Shown: positions 19,766-30,251, counted from the stretch's first letter. The stretch is 64,000 bases of DNA from an uncultured Verrucomicrobiaceae bacterium (GCA_964473925.1 CAYYVW010000007.1:37205-101204), one strand, 5' to 3'. Program-made: numbers and translations. The notes: generated by a model not told the origin, from the letters alone.

Positions 19766-19859
19766 CTTGTCCCTTGTCATTAAATCGACCAATTCATAAT
19801 GTCGAGTCCATAGCGCGTGAACCACAATAGAACGACTGAGATAAAATGCCAATTTTACA

Positions 19860-21569
19860 ATGCTAACCCATTTACAAGCTGCTGCAATTTTCGAAGAAGT
19901 AGCCGACCTGCTGGAGCTGAATGGAGAAAATTCATTCAAAATCCGCGCTTATAAAAATGCCGCGGAAATCCTGCAGTCCCTCTCTCAGCCATTCTCAATA
20001 TGGGCTAGCACGCTTAAATCGAACCCCGTAGAAGGCATCGGACCGGGGTTAACAGAAAAAATTCAAGAGCTCGCCCAGACCGGAGCCCTGTCTTTACATC
20101 AAGAACTTCGTGCCGGTCTCCCCGTTGGATTAACAGAACTTATTGGCATTCCGGGCCTCGGCTTAAAAAAAATTCGAGTCCTTTATCAAACCCTCGAGAT
20201 CAGCAGCGTGCGAGCTCTGGAAGACGCATGCCAAACAAATCAACTTGCCCAAGTCCCTGGATTTGGTCAAAAAACTCAAGCCAATCTTTTGATCGCTCTT
20301 GCACAAAAACGTCAATACCAGGGATGGCACCGCTATTTAGAAGCTCATTCCACGGCGCTAAAATTGTCAGCTTATTTAAGACAATCTTCAGAAGTTCTAG
20401 AGGTTCAAATGGCTGGCGCACTGCGTCGTAGCTGCGAAATTGTACCTAATATTGAGTTGGTCGCCTCAACGAAAAATCCGAATGAAGTTTTTGCTTTTTT
20501 CGAAACATTTCCAGAAATCGAAAAAATCATCGCTCAAGATGCCACTAGCTTCACCGTCCAGCTCCATGGCGGCTTAGCTTGCAGTTTACACCTAGCTTTG
20601 CCGGAACAATTTATTCGAACACTTCACAGATTCACCGGTAGTTCAGAACATGTAAAAACTTTTGAAAAGCGGTTACAGTTAACGGAATTGGAAGTGCAAA
20701 ACTACACCGATGAAGAAGCGCTCTATCAAGCCGTGGGCGTTTCGTTCATTCCACCGGAATTAAGAGAGAATCAAGGCGAGTGGGAAGCAGCACAAACCCA
20801 TACACTTCCTGATTTGATCGAATACACAGATTTGAAAGGCACCTTTCACTGCCACACGACCGAGAGCGACGGCAAGAACACACTTCAAGAAATGGTCGAC
20901 GCAGCCCGCGCCTCTGGGTTGACGTATTTGGGCATTGCCGATCACTCTCGATCGCAGTTTCAAGCTCACGGACTCACGGAAGAACGGCTACTAGCTCAAA
21001 TCGATCAAATTCGAAAACTCAATCAACGGCTTGAAGGCTTTCATGTTTTTGCCGGCTGTGAGGTAGATATTTTGAAGGATGGTACGCTGGATTTTAGCGA
21101 CGATATTCTTCGACATCTCGACTATGCCGTCGCATCCGTACACAGCGCTTTCAATTTAGAAGAAGCCGCCATGACCCGACGTATCTGTCGTGCCATGGAA
21201 AACCCATACATTCGAATTCTCGGTCACGCAACCGGTCGATTGCTTTTGCAACGAGAGGGATACGCAGTAAATCTTGAGAAAATTATCGACTGCGCCGTAG
21301 AAACCGGGACCTGGATTGAGCTCAATGCCAACCCTCGCCGTCTCGATATGGACTGGCGCTGGTGGCATCGCGCACGCGACAAGGGCGTGAAATGTGCTAT
21401 CAACCCCGATGCGCACCACACTTCGGGCTTTGAGCATTTAAAACTCGGCGTTCAAATTGCCCGCAAAGGCTGGCTCAGTCCAGAAGACGTGATCAATACG
21501 TGCTCGTTCTCTGAAATCGAAAAACTATTATCTCAAAATAAAATATCACGCTCCTCTAATCAAAAATAG
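19860..21569 (+). CDS. polX: PolX-family DNA polymerase/3'-5' exonuclease with C-terminal PHP domain
   Basis: 569 aa. N-terminal HhH region (FKIRAYKNAAEIL, IPGLGLKKI) and PHP motifs (GTFHCHTTESDG, IADHS). Confidence 0.85.
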   Translation: MLTHLQAAAIFEEVADLLELNGENSFKIRAYKNAAEILQSLSQPFSIWASTLKSNPVEGIGPGLTEKIQELAQTGALSLHQELRAGLPVGLTELIGIPGLGLKKIRVLYQTLEISSVRALEDACQTNQLAQVPGFGQKTQANLLIALAQKRQYQGWHRYLEAHSTALKLSAYLRQSSEVLEVQMAGALRRSCEIVPNIELVASTKNPNEVFAFFETFPEIEKIIAQDATSFTVQLHGGLACSLHLALPEQFIRTLHRFTGSSEHVKTFEKRLQLTELEVQNYTDEEALYQAVGVSFIPPELRENQGEWEAAQTHTLPDLIEYTDLKGTFHCHTTESDGKNTLQEMVDAARASGLTYLGIADHSRSQFQAHGLTEERLLAQIDQIRKLNQRLEGFHVFAGCEVDILKDGTLDFSDDILRHLDYAVASVHSAFNLEEAAMTRRICRAMENPYIRILGHATGRLLLQREGYAVNLEKIIDCAVETGTWIELNANPRRLDMDWRWWHRARDKGVKCAINPDAHHTSGFEHLKLGVQIARKGWLSPEDVINTCSFSEIEKLLSQNKISRSSNQK

Positions 21570-21607
21570 TAGCCATTCCTGCCGCCTATTCGTATCGTGT
21601 ACAAGTT

Positions 21608-22594
21608 ATGAAAAATTCGCCTGCTGCTCCGGTTTCATCCTTTCTACGACACCACTATCGCCACTTCAATTCGGCCGCTCTCATCGATGCTGCAGACGGA
21701 TATAAAAAACATCTCGAAAACAATGGTAAAATGTTTGTGACGCTGGCAGGCGCCATGAGCACCGCCGAACTGGGTCTGTCTCTAGCTGAAATGATTCGTG
21801 CCGATAACGTTCACGGCATTTGCTGCACCGGCGCCAATTTAGAGGAAGATGTCTTTAATCTCGTCGCGCACGATCATTACGTTCGCGTCCCTCATTATCG
21901 CGATCTCACACCCGCTGATGAGCAGGCGCTGTTAGATCGACACCTCAATCGCGTCACCGATACGTGCATTCCAGAAGGCGAGGCCATGCGCCGGATTGAG
22001 ACTGCCGTGCTTGAAGAATGGGTCGCTGCCGATAAAGCTGGCGCACGTTTTTTCCCGCATGAGTTCATGTATAAGATTTTGCGTTCTGGAAAATTGAAGC
22101 CTTCTTACCAAATTGATCCGAAAGATTCATGGCTCATGGCCGCAATGGAAAAGAATTTGCCCATGTTTGTCCCAGGCTGGGAAGACGCCACGCTGGGAAA
22201 TATGTACACCGGACACGTCATCTCCGGTGAAATTAAAAATGTCCATACCGTGCGCACTGGTATCGAATACATGATGTCGCTCGCCGATTGGTATACCGAA
22301 TTAACCAAGAAACACTCGCTGGGCTTTTTCCAAATTGGCGGCGGAATCGCGGGTGATTTTCCTATCTGCGTAGTACCGATGCTTCACCAAGATCTGCAGC
22401 GTGAAGAAGTGCCCTTGTGGGGTTATTTCTGCCAAATCAGCGATTCCACGACCAGCTACGGCTCCTATTCCGGCGCTGTACCGAACGAAAAAATCACCTG
22501 GGGCAAGCTCGGCACGGACACACCGAAATATATCATCGAATCGGATGCGACGATTGTTGCGCCGCTGGTTTTTGCCTTAGTCATGGAATGGTAG
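21608..22594 (+). CDS. Deoxyhypusine synthase-like (homospermidine-synthase-type) protein
   Basis: 328 aa. MFVTLAGAMSTAELG, CCTGANLEED and FFQIGGGIAGDFP are typical of the DHS family. Confidence 0.8.
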   Translation: MKNSPAAPVSSFLRHHYRHFNSAALIDAADGYKKHLENNGKMFVTLAGAMSTAELGLSLAEMIRADNVHGICCTGANLEEDVFNLVAHDHYVRVPHYRDLTPADEQALLDRHLNRVTDTCIPEGEAMRRIETAVLEEWVAADKAGARFFPHEFMYKILRSGKLKPSYQIDPKDSWLMAAMEKNLPMFVPGWEDATLGNMYTGHVISGEIKNVHTVRTGIEYMMSLADWYTELTKKHSLGFFQIGGGIAGDFPICVVPMLHQDLQREEVPLWGYFCQISDSTTSYGSYSGAVPNEKITWGKLGTDTPKYIIESDATIVAPLVFALVMEW

Positions 22595-22631
22595 CGCATG
22601 CTCTCTGAAAGCGCGGCTTATTACGATTTAA

Positions 22632-24587
22632 ATGAACTTTCCCGTCTCTTCAAATATCGGGATTAACTACGAGCACGCGCTCAATCCGCAACAGCTCGAA
22701 GCCGTACTCGCGGCACCCAGCCCGCTATTGGTAATTGCGGGCGCGGGCAGCGGCAAGACACGCACGCTCACATATCGAGTAGCCCGACTCATCGAACAAG
22801 GCGCCCTGCCGGAGGAAATTTTACTCGTCACTTTCACTAATAAGGCAGCGCGCGAAATGCTTGCTCGCGTGCAAACTCTCATCCAAGTCGATGCAGGCCA
22901 ACTGTGGGGAGGAACTTTCCATCATATTGGGCACAAGCTGCTGCGTCGTCACGCGGATGCTGTGGGCTTATTTTCTAATTTCACGATCTTGGACCGGGAA
23001 GAAGCGGCGCATCTTGCAACTGAAACGCTTCGCGCTCTCGGCGTGAATTCGAAAGATAAAACCGCTCCCAAGGGCGATCTTTTAGTCGAAATTTTTGGCC
23101 TAGCAGCAGGCCGGCAATTACCCGTCAGTGAAACAGTTCAAAAATATTTTCCGCATTTGATCGAAATAATCGATCTGATTGAACGTGCTGGTCGTGGGTA
23201 CGCCAATCGCAAAAAAGTGAACGGACAAGTCGATTTTGATGATTTGCTGCTACTCTCGTGGCGTCTATTACATGAAAATGAAGGGCTCCGCTTGCGATAC
23301 CAGCGTCAATTTCGTCATGTTCTAGTCGACGAATATCAAGACACCAATTCCCTGCAGGCCGCGCTCGTAGATCTTTTAGCCGCCGAGCATCGCAGCCTGA
23401 CGGCCGTAGGCGATGATGCGCAATGCATCTATTCTTGGCGTGGCGCGGATTTTCGCAATATTCGCACGTTTCCCGAGCGATACACGGATGCAAAAATTAT
23501 CCGGATTGAAACCAATTATCGAAGCACGCCAGAAATTCTTGCGCTCGCGAACCATGTCATTGAAGGCAATATCAGTCAGTTTCAAAAAAATCTCCATTCC
23601 GCCCGCCCTTCGGGGAGAAACCCCAAACCCGCTTTAGTGATTCTTCCAGATGGGAACACGCAAGCCGCCTTTATTGCCAAACGAATTCTTGAATTACAAA
23701 ATGAAGAAGCGATTGCACCGGAAGAAATTGCGGTGCTCTATCGGTCGCATTTTCATGCCATGGAGCTGCAAATCGAACTGGCCCGGCACAATGTTCCTTT
23801 CGATATCACAAGCGGAGTTCGTTTTTTTGAGCAAGCACACATTCGAGACATCGCGGCGTTCCTTCGCTTGACCGCCAATCCTCAGGATGAAATGGCGTTT
23901 CGTCGCATCGCGCTGCTCTTACCCGGCGTGGGAGAGCGAACCGCAGAAAAGTGGTGGCGTATCTTTTCTGATATGAATAGTTCCAATACAGCAATTAAAG
24001 CTCCAGCAAACGCCTCCGAAAGCTGGAAACAATGCACTCAACTACTCGAACAGCTCAAAGCGCCACGCCTCGAGAATAAGCCCGCGGAGCAAATCGAATG
24101 CATTTTGAAAATGTGGTATGATGACTATCTCAAAACCACATTTCCAAATTATGAATCGCGTAAAGAAGACCTTGGGCAGCTCGCTGTCTTTGCTGAAACG
24201 TTTGATTCCACTCAAGAGTTTCTAGCGCAAATTGCTCTTCTCACGAATACAGATACTAATGAGCAAAACAAAACCACTAGCGCCCGCATTCGTCTTTCGA
24301 CAATTCATCAAGCGAAAGGCTTGGAATGGAAGGTAGTTTTTATCGTCATGCTCTGTGAAGGCCTATTCCCTTCGAGTCGGTCTATCGAGAATCCAGAAAG
24401 CCTCGAAGAAGAACGGCGCCTTTTTTATGTGGCCATCACGCGCGCCCGCGATGAGCTCTATCTTTCCTACCCAGCCGTAAGAACTACAGGTGATCGCGGT
24501 TCGTGGTGGCAAGAGCCCTCTCGATTCGTTCTGGGCCTTCCCAAAACACTTGTGAATCCATTCAAAATCGCTCGCTTAGGCGCGTAG
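22632..24587 (+). CDS. UvrD/PcrA/Rep-family ATP-dependent DNA helicase
   Basis: 651 aa. Motif I AGAGSGKTRTL, motif II VLVDEYQDTN, motif VI-like VAITRARDELYLSY. Confidence 0.9.
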   Translation: MNFPVSSNIGINYEHALNPQQLEAVLAAPSPLLVIAGAGSGKTRTLTYRVARLIEQGALPEEILLVTFTNKAAREMLARVQTLIQVDAGQLWGGTFHHIGHKLLRRHADAVGLFSNFTILDREEAAHLATETLRALGVNSKDKTAPKGDLLVEIFGLAAGRQLPVSETVQKYFPHLIEIIDLIERAGRGYANRKKVNGQVDFDDLLLLSWRLLHENEGLRLRYQRQFRHVLVDEYQDTNSLQAALVDLLAAEHRSLTAVGDDAQCIYSWRGADFRNIRTFPERYTDAKIIRIETNYRSTPEILALANHVIEGNISQFQKNLHSARPSGRNPKPALVILPDGNTQAAFIAKRILELQNEEAIAPEEIAVLYRSHFHAMELQIELARHNVPFDITSGVRFFEQAHIRDIAAFLRLTANPQDEMAFRRIALLLPGVGERTAEKWWRIFSDMNSSNTAIKAPANASESWKQCTQLLEQLKAPRLENKPAEQIECILKMWYDDYLKTTFPNYESRKEDLGQLAVFAETFDSTQEFLAQIALLTNTDTNEQNKTTSARIRLSTIHQAKGLEWKVVFIVMLCEGLFPSSRSIENPESLEEERRLFYVAITRARDELYLSYPAVRTTGDRGSWWQEPSRFVLGLPKTLVNPFKIARLGA

Positions 24588-24597
24588 ATATTATCAC

Positions 24598-25542
24598 GTG
24601 AATACTGCATCGCTATTGGTAGGAGCCTTGGTCGGCCCTACCGCCGCTGGGAAAAGTCGCCTCGCAATGGCGTGGGCAGAAAAAACAGGGGGCGCGTTAC
24701 TTTCTGTCGATGCCATGCAAGTTTACCGCGGCGCTGATGTGGGCACGGGAAAACCAACGCAAGACGAACAAAATCGCATTCACCACGGTGGCATTGATCT
24801 TATTGAAATCGGCCAGTCTTTTTCCGTCACGGACTATCTCCAGCATGCAGGAAAATTTCTGCGCGAATGCAAATCACGCCAGCAACCGGTTCTCGCGGTA
24901 GGGGGCACCGGCCTTTATTACCGCGCATTGACTCAGGGATTGAGCGCTGCTCCTCGAGGCTCCTTAGCATTACGACAAGAATTGGAAGCCTTGTCCGTCG
25001 AAGCACTTCAACAACGCATTCTTGCTCAAGATCCAGAAGGTCTCGCTGGCATAGACACAAAAAATCCACGTCGCCTGATGAGAGCGATTGAATGCTTCGA
25101 AACGTCCGGACAACCGCTACGCTGGTGGCACGCTCAGCCACGCTCTCTTGCTTTAGCGCCCAATCTGCCCACCGGTCGAGTCTCACGATCAAAATCGGAA
25201 CTCGATGCGCTTATTAATAAACGCGTCAAAAGCATGTGGGATAATGGATGGGCAGCAGAAATACGCCAGTTACTTGAAAAGCATCCCATAAACCAACCTG
25301 ATATTTTACCCGCCATCGGCTACTACCAAATTGCTCAATGGATTATCCGCGGCGCTCCTTCGATTGAGGAAAAATCACTGCTAGAAGAAATTGCCACCGC
25401 TACCCGTCAATACGCCAAGCGCCAGCTCACTTGGTTTCGACGTGAGCCTCATCTTCAATCCATTTTTTTAGATGCGAAATCCGATCTTCATTTAAAACTT
25501 CCAGATTGGTTGGCCTCCCTTTCATCCGTCCCGACAGCTTAA
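24598..25542 (+). CDS. miaA: tRNA dimethylallyltransferase
   Basis: GTG start. P-loop GPTAAGKSRLA, then SVDAMQVYRGADVGTGKP. Confidence 0.9.
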   Translation: MNTASLLVGALVGPTAAGKSRLAMAWAEKTGGALLSVDAMQVYRGADVGTGKPTQDEQNRIHHGGIDLIEIGQSFSVTDYLQHAGKFLRECKSRQQPVLAVGGTGLYYRALTQGLSAAPRGSLALRQELEALSVEALQQRILAQDPEGLAGIDTKNPRRLMRAIECFETSGQPLRWWHAQPRSLALAPNLPTGRVSRSKSELDALINKRVKSMWDNGWAAEIRQLLEKHPINQPDILPAIGYYQIAQWIIRGAPSIEEKSLLEEIATATRQYAKRQLTWFRREPHLQSIFLDAKSDLHLKLPDWLASLSSVPTA

Positions 25543-25553
25543 ATTTTATTCTC

Positions 25554-26921
25554 GTGCAATCCTCTACCTCTCACTCAACCACTGCGCTTGAAAGCGCCTT
25601 GTTGGTTGGCATTGACCGGGGAGAGTCGAAGGCCTGGACGCCTGCCGATTCGCTCGAAGAGTTAGCAGAATTGGCAAAAAGCGCTGGCGCCCAAACAACA
25701 AAAACGATTCTACAAAAACTGCGCTCCCCCACTCCGGCTTTATATATTGGACGCGGCAAGGCTCAAGCACTGGCCCAACAATGCATAACAGAAAAAATCC
25801 AACTGGTTATTTTTGACGATGAATTGACCCCCGCGCAAAATCGCAACTTATCGGGCATTTTTCAATGCAAGGTGCTGGATCGGACGCAGCTCATTTTGGA
25901 TATTTTTGCGCAACGGGCGAAATCTCGAGAAGGCAAACTACAGATTGAACTCGCACAGCTTCAATATCTCCTTCCTCGACTGACGGGAATGTGGACTCAC
26001 CTTTCCAGACAAGCAGGCGGCATTGGACTGCGCGGTCCCGGAGAAACGCAATTGGAAGTAGACCGTCGCCGGGTCCAGGAGCGCATCAGTCGATTGATCA
26101 AAGAGCTGGCAAGCGTTCGACAGCAACGATCCATTGCGCGTGAAGGCCGACGCCATCATCATTGGCCTGTTGCCTCACTTGTCGGTTATACGAACGCCGG
26201 TAAATCGACTTTGCTCAATCGACTCACGCACGCCGAGGTCTACGCGGCCGATCGTCTTTTCGCAACGCTCGATCCTACCACGCGTCAGTTAATGTTACCC
26301 AATAAGCAGAAAATGCTGCTATCCGATACCGTTGGTTTTTTACAAAGACTCCCTCACCATCTGATTGAAGCTTTTAAAGCCACGCTCGAAGAAGTACAGG
26401 AGGCAGATCTACTGCTGCATGTCGTGGACGCAAGCCACCCACAAATGGAAAATCAAATTGCCGCTGTTGACTCTGTCCTGGAAGAGTTAGGATGCGCTGG
26501 CAAGCAAACCATTTTTGTCTTTAATAAAGCAGATCAGGTTAAAAAAATGGCTTTCCTCGCTCAATGCGTGGAACGGCATTCTCCCGGAGCTGCTATTTCA
26601 GCGCTCACTGGCGTCGGGATGGAGGATCTTCTATCTGAGATCGAGCATCAGCTCCGTGCCTGGCGATTGCACATGCAACTGCGGTTGCCCAATGATCAGA
26701 CAGCTCTTGTCGCAGAGATTCACCGCATTGGCCGCGTTCTAGAAATGCGATACCGCGGCAACTGGATCCATCTCACCGCACATGTGCCCCCGCAGTTGCA
26801 AGGCCGGTTAAAGTCCTATATTGTTTCGTCCGATGACGCAGACGATTCGAGAAATGGCGCAAGACGAACGGCCACGAGAACGACTCCTGCAACACGGCGC
26901 AGCAGCACTCAAAACCAGTGA
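25554..26921 (+). CDS. hflX: GTPase HflX
   Basis: The ORF is open from 25506 (TTG inside miaA). The GTG at 25554 lies 12 nt after the miaA stop. G1 GYTNAGKSTLLN, G3 DTVGF, G4 NKAD. The last roughly 30 codons overlap radC. Confidence 0.9.
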   Translation: MQSSTSHSTTALESALLVGIDRGESKAWTPADSLEELAELAKSAGAQTTKTILQKLRSPTPALYIGRGKAQALAQQCITEKIQLVIFDDELTPAQNRNLSGIFQCKVLDRTQLILDIFAQRAKSREGKLQIELAQLQYLLPRLTGMWTHLSRQAGGIGLRGPGETQLEVDRRRVQERISRLIKELASVRQQRSIAREGRRHHHWPVASLVGYTNAGKSTLLNRLTHAEVYAADRLFATLDPTTRQLMLPNKQKMLLSDTVGFLQRLPHHLIEAFKATLEEVQEADLLLHVVDASHPQMENQIAAVDSVLEELGCAGKQTIFVFNKADQVKKMAFLAQCVERHSPGAAISALTGVGMEDLLSEIEHQLRAWRLHMQLRLPNDQTALVAEIHRIGRVLEMRYRGNWIHLTAHVPPQLQGRLKSYIVSSDDADDSRNGARRTATRTTPATRRSSTQNQ

Positions 26922-27528
26922 GCTGCTCGCCATTCTCCTGCGCACGGGAACAGCGGGCGAATCCGTTTTAAAAGTTGCAGAAACTCTACTCGCGCGCTTC
27001 GGAGATTTGGAAGCCTTGAGCCGCGCTTCTGTTCAAGAACTGGCTCAAACCAAAGGTATCGGACAAGCCAAAGGCATCGAGTTAAAAGCTGCGTTTACGT
27101 TGGGCGCCCGTCTCGCGCGCACCTTGGCAGAAAAACAGGCGATAACGTCCGCGCAAGATGTTTATGCGCTCTTGGGCGACGAGATGCGGATGCTTGAATA
27201 TGAAAGCCTGCGCATCATCTGCTTAAACACCAAAGGGCGTATTCTGGGCATTGAAGAAGTTTCACGCGGAATTCTCGACGCAACGCTCTTTCATGCACGA
27301 GAAGTCTTCCGGCACGCCATTGCACGGCAAGCCTACGGGATCATTGCTGTGCACAACCATCCTTCAGGCAATCCCACTCCTTCCACTGGAGATCATGAAA
27401 TCACTAAAAATTTACGTGACGCCGGCAAGTTGCTTGAAATCGAATTGTTCGACCATGTCATTTTAGGAGCTCCGCAATCCAACAATCAGCTTCCCTATTA
27501 CAGCTTTCGCGAAACGGGGTATTTATGA
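26833..27528 (+). CDS. radC: RadC-family JAB-domain protein
   Basis: The ATG at 26833 gives MTQTIREMAQDERPRERLLQHGAAALKTSELLAILLRTG. JAMM motif is AVHNHPSGNPTPS. Confidence 0.85.
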   Translation: MTQTIREMAQDERPRERLLQHGAAALKTSELLAILLRTGTAGESVLKVAETLLARFGDLEALSRASVQELAQTKGIGQAKGIELKAAFTLGARLARTLAEKQAITSAQDVYALLGDEMRMLEYESLRIICLNTKGRILGIEEVSRGILDATLFHAREVFRHAIARQAYGIIAVHNHPSGNPTPSTGDHEITKNLRDAGKLLEIELFDHVILGAPQSNNQLPYYSFRETGYL

Positions 27529-28346
27529 CGCCATTACACCATCCCACCGCTCAAATCGATCCTACCGCCCAACTGGGCCGCGGCGTCCGTGTCGGTCCAG
27601 GAGCCGTTATCGAAGCCAATTGCGTGATCGGAGATGATTGTGAGATTCGCGCTAATGCAATTCTTACAGGCAGCTGTATTTTAGGCTCTGCCAATCAGAT
27701 CGGTTACAGCGCTGTTATTGGAGCCGAACCACAAGACCTTTCTTACAAAAAAACACCCTCCCGCGTTGTTATGGGCAACCGCAACGTGATTCGAGAGCAC
27801 GTGACCATTCATCGTGGAACGACGGAAGGATCTGAGACGATCGTTGGCGATGATAATTTTCTCATGGCGGGCGCGCATGTCGCTCATAACTGTCAAATCG
27901 GCAACCAGGTAATTATGGCAAACAATGTGTTGCTGGCTGGCTACGTTCAGGTCGGCAATTGCGTATTTCTGAGCGGCGGCGCGGCGATGCATCAACATGT
28001 TCGCATCGGACAAATGGCCATGGTCCGCGGATTAACGCGCGTAAGCCAAGATGTCCCACCCTACACGATGGTCATTGAGGACAATCAGATTTCAGGAATT
28101 AATCGCGTCGGACTCAAGCGCGCCGGTCTTTCGACGCAATCTATCTTAGAAATCCGTCGGGCTTATCGTCTTTTATTTCGCTCAGGATTTAATACCACAC
28201 AAGGTATTGCGGAACTCGAAAAACAAAAAATAACGCCAGAAATAAACACGCTGATCGAATTTGTCCGCACCAGCAAACGCGGCATCTGTAAAGAGAAAAT
28301 GACGCGCGCTGTTAGTTTAGACGCGGATTCCACGCACGAAAATTAA
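27525..28346 (+). CDS. lpxA: Acyl-ACP--UDP-N-acetylglucosamine O-acyltransferase
   Basis: 273 aa. Left-handed beta-helix hexapeptide repeats plus a C-terminal helical domain (GINRVGLKRAG...AYRLLFRSG). ATGA overlap with radC. Confidence 0.9.
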   Translation: MTPLHHPTAQIDPTAQLGRGVRVGPGAVIEANCVIGDDCEIRANAILTGSCILGSANQIGYSAVIGAEPQDLSYKKTPSRVVMGNRNVIREHVTIHRGTTEGSETIVGDDNFLMAGAHVAHNCQIGNQVIMANNVLLAGYVQVGNCVFLSGGAAMHQHVRIGQMAMVRGLTRVSQDVPPYTMVIEDNQISGINRVGLKRAGLSTQSILEIRRAYRLLFRSGFNTTQGIAELEKQKITPEINTLIEFVRTSKRGICKEKMTRAVSLDADSTHEN

Positions 28347-30199
28347 CGAGGCTTTTTAAAACCTTGTTGATCCGCCATTTTTGCAAAAAGTCCACCACGC
28401 GCTAAAAGCTCTTGGAACGTTCCCTGCTCCACCACTTGTCCGGCTTCTAACACCAAAATCAAATCCATCGGCGCCAGCGTGGCCAAGCGATGTGCAATCG
28501 CTAAGACCGTTCGCTCTCGCGCCAATAAATCCAATGCCGCCTGCACCTCTGCCTCTGCATTGGAATCTAAGGCTGCGGTTGCTTCATCCAACACCAAAAT
28601 AGGCGCATTACGAATAAACGCCCGAGCAATCGCGAGTCGCTGACGCTGCCCTCCTGAAAGCCGAACACCGCGCTCTCCTAAAACAGTCTGATAACCTTCT
28701 GGCATTTCTTGAATAAATTCATGCGCGAAGGCTTGCCGGGCCGCTTGCTCAATTTCTTCGAAAGTGGCTTGAGGTCGCCCCAGCGCAATGTTTTCAGCCG
28801 CGGTCGTGTTAAAAAGAACGATTTCCTGGCTTACCAATGCAACTTGGCGCCTTAAATCGGCAAGTTGTAAATCTCGTAAATCCACTCCATCAAGTTTTAC
28901 CACTCCCGAAGTTGGATCGTAAAACCGAAGCAATAAATTAACGACGGTGCTTTTTCCAGAACCACTCGGACCCGCCAGACCAATGCGGCTGCCGCGCCGG
29001 AGCTCCAGAGAAAAATTTTCCAACGCGGGAATTCCGCCTGCTTCGTATTGAAACGATACCCGATCAAACACAACGGAAGAGGCGAAATTGGGAGCCGGCT
29101 TGGCATTAGAACGATTTTGAATAGAGGGCTGCATGTCAAAAAGCTCGGACAAACGCGCAACAGGCAACCGGGCTTGTGTAAAATACACATGCACGCTCAT
29201 CAATTTTTTCAACGGCGCGTAAAAAAGAGTTAATCCCACGATAAATCCCATCAGGTTCGCAACCGAACGCTGCGTCACAAAAAGGAAAATAATAACCACG
29301 CCCATTCCAAGCGCCCCTAACGTTTCGATTGCGGGATTGAGCGTGTCGCGCGTCTGTATGATTTTGAGTCCGGCCCGGCCCGCTTCCCGATTGCGCTGGG
29401 AAAATTCGTCCTGGCGTCGGCCAATTAACCCAAACGCTTGCAAGACGCGAATTCCACTCAAAGACTCGATAAGCAAGTTATCCTGTGCGATGGATGCGTT
29501 CAGATTTGCGTGGGTTGCTTGCCGAACTTTCCGACGAATAATCCGAGTGGGAAGGGCTACGAGCGGTAAAAAAACTAAAGCTAAAAGCGTCAGCTGCCAA
29601 TCCAACCACCAGAGCGTTGCGAAAACACTCAAAAGAGTAATCGGTTCTTTAATCAGATCCGACAGCCCGATTCGCAAGCAATTGAGTAATGCCGTTGTGT
29701 CTTGATTTACTCGATTGAGCAGATCCCCAGTCGTAGAGCGATTAAAGAAATCCAGCGATTGCGCGCTGAGCTTACTAAAAACATCCTGCTTTAAATCAGT
29801 AATGATCCGCTGGCTCGTCCAAGCCATACAATAGCTACTGCCATAGCCCGCCAATCCACGCAAAAGCGCCAAAATTGGCAGAAGCGAAAACCCACCAATA
29901 ATTTGCTGCCATTCCAAAGGGCGTCCGACATGCGGCAGCCACGCATCGAGCGATCCCGTTACCCACAACTTAATCGAGGCGATCCACGCCGGCATCGCAC
30001 CTGCCATCGTCACGGAAGCGGTGGATGCAGCCTCGAATTGATAGGGGATGAATCGAGAAAATAAAAATGTGCTCGCGCCCACAAAAACGCCATTGAGCAT
30101 TCCAAACAAAACACCCAGCAAGACACCGCATAAAAATCGGTGGCCGTACCGGCGCAGATAAGGCCACGCAAAACCCAAAACGACACGAAGATCCCGCAT
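28343..30199 (-). CDS. ABC exporter, fused TMD-NBD (MsbA-like lipid A/lipid flippase candidate)
   Basis: 618 aa. Walker A GPSGSGKST, signature LSGGQRQRLAIARA, Walker B ILVLDEATAALD. Convergent with lpxA. Confidence 0.85.
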   Translation of the reverse strand: MRDLRVVLGFAWPYLRRYGHRFLCGVLLGVLFGMLNGVFVGASTFLFSRFIPYQFEAASTASVTMAGAMPAWIASIKLWVTGSLDAWLPHVGRPLEWQQIIGGFSLLPILALLRGLAGYGSSYCMAWTSQRIITDLKQDVFSKLSAQSLDFFNRSTTGDLLNRVNQDTTALLNCLRIGLSDLIKEPITLLSVFATLWWLDWQLTLLALVFLPLVALPTRIIRRKVRQATHANLNASIAQDNLLIESLSGIRVLQAFGLIGRRQDEFSQRNREAGRAGLKIIQTRDTLNPAIETLGALGMGVVIIFLFVTQRSVANLMGFIVGLTLFYAPLKKLMSVHVYFTQARLPVARLSELFDMQPSIQNRSNAKPAPNFASSVVFDRVSFQYEAGGIPALENFSLELRRGSRIGLAGPSGSGKSTVVNLLLRFYDPTSGVVKLDGVDLRDLQLADLRRQVALVSQEIVLFNTTAAENIALGRPQATFEEIEQAARQAFAHEFIQEMPEGYQTVLGERGVRLSGGQRQRLAIARAFIRNAPILVLDEATAALDSNAEAEVQAALDLLARERTVLAIAHRLATLAPMDLILVLEAGQVVEQGTFQELLARGGLFAKMADQQGFKKPR

Positions 30200-30251
30200 G
30201 AATTACCCGCTTGAATTATTCAGCTCACAAGCAATCCAACAAAAATGAGCT

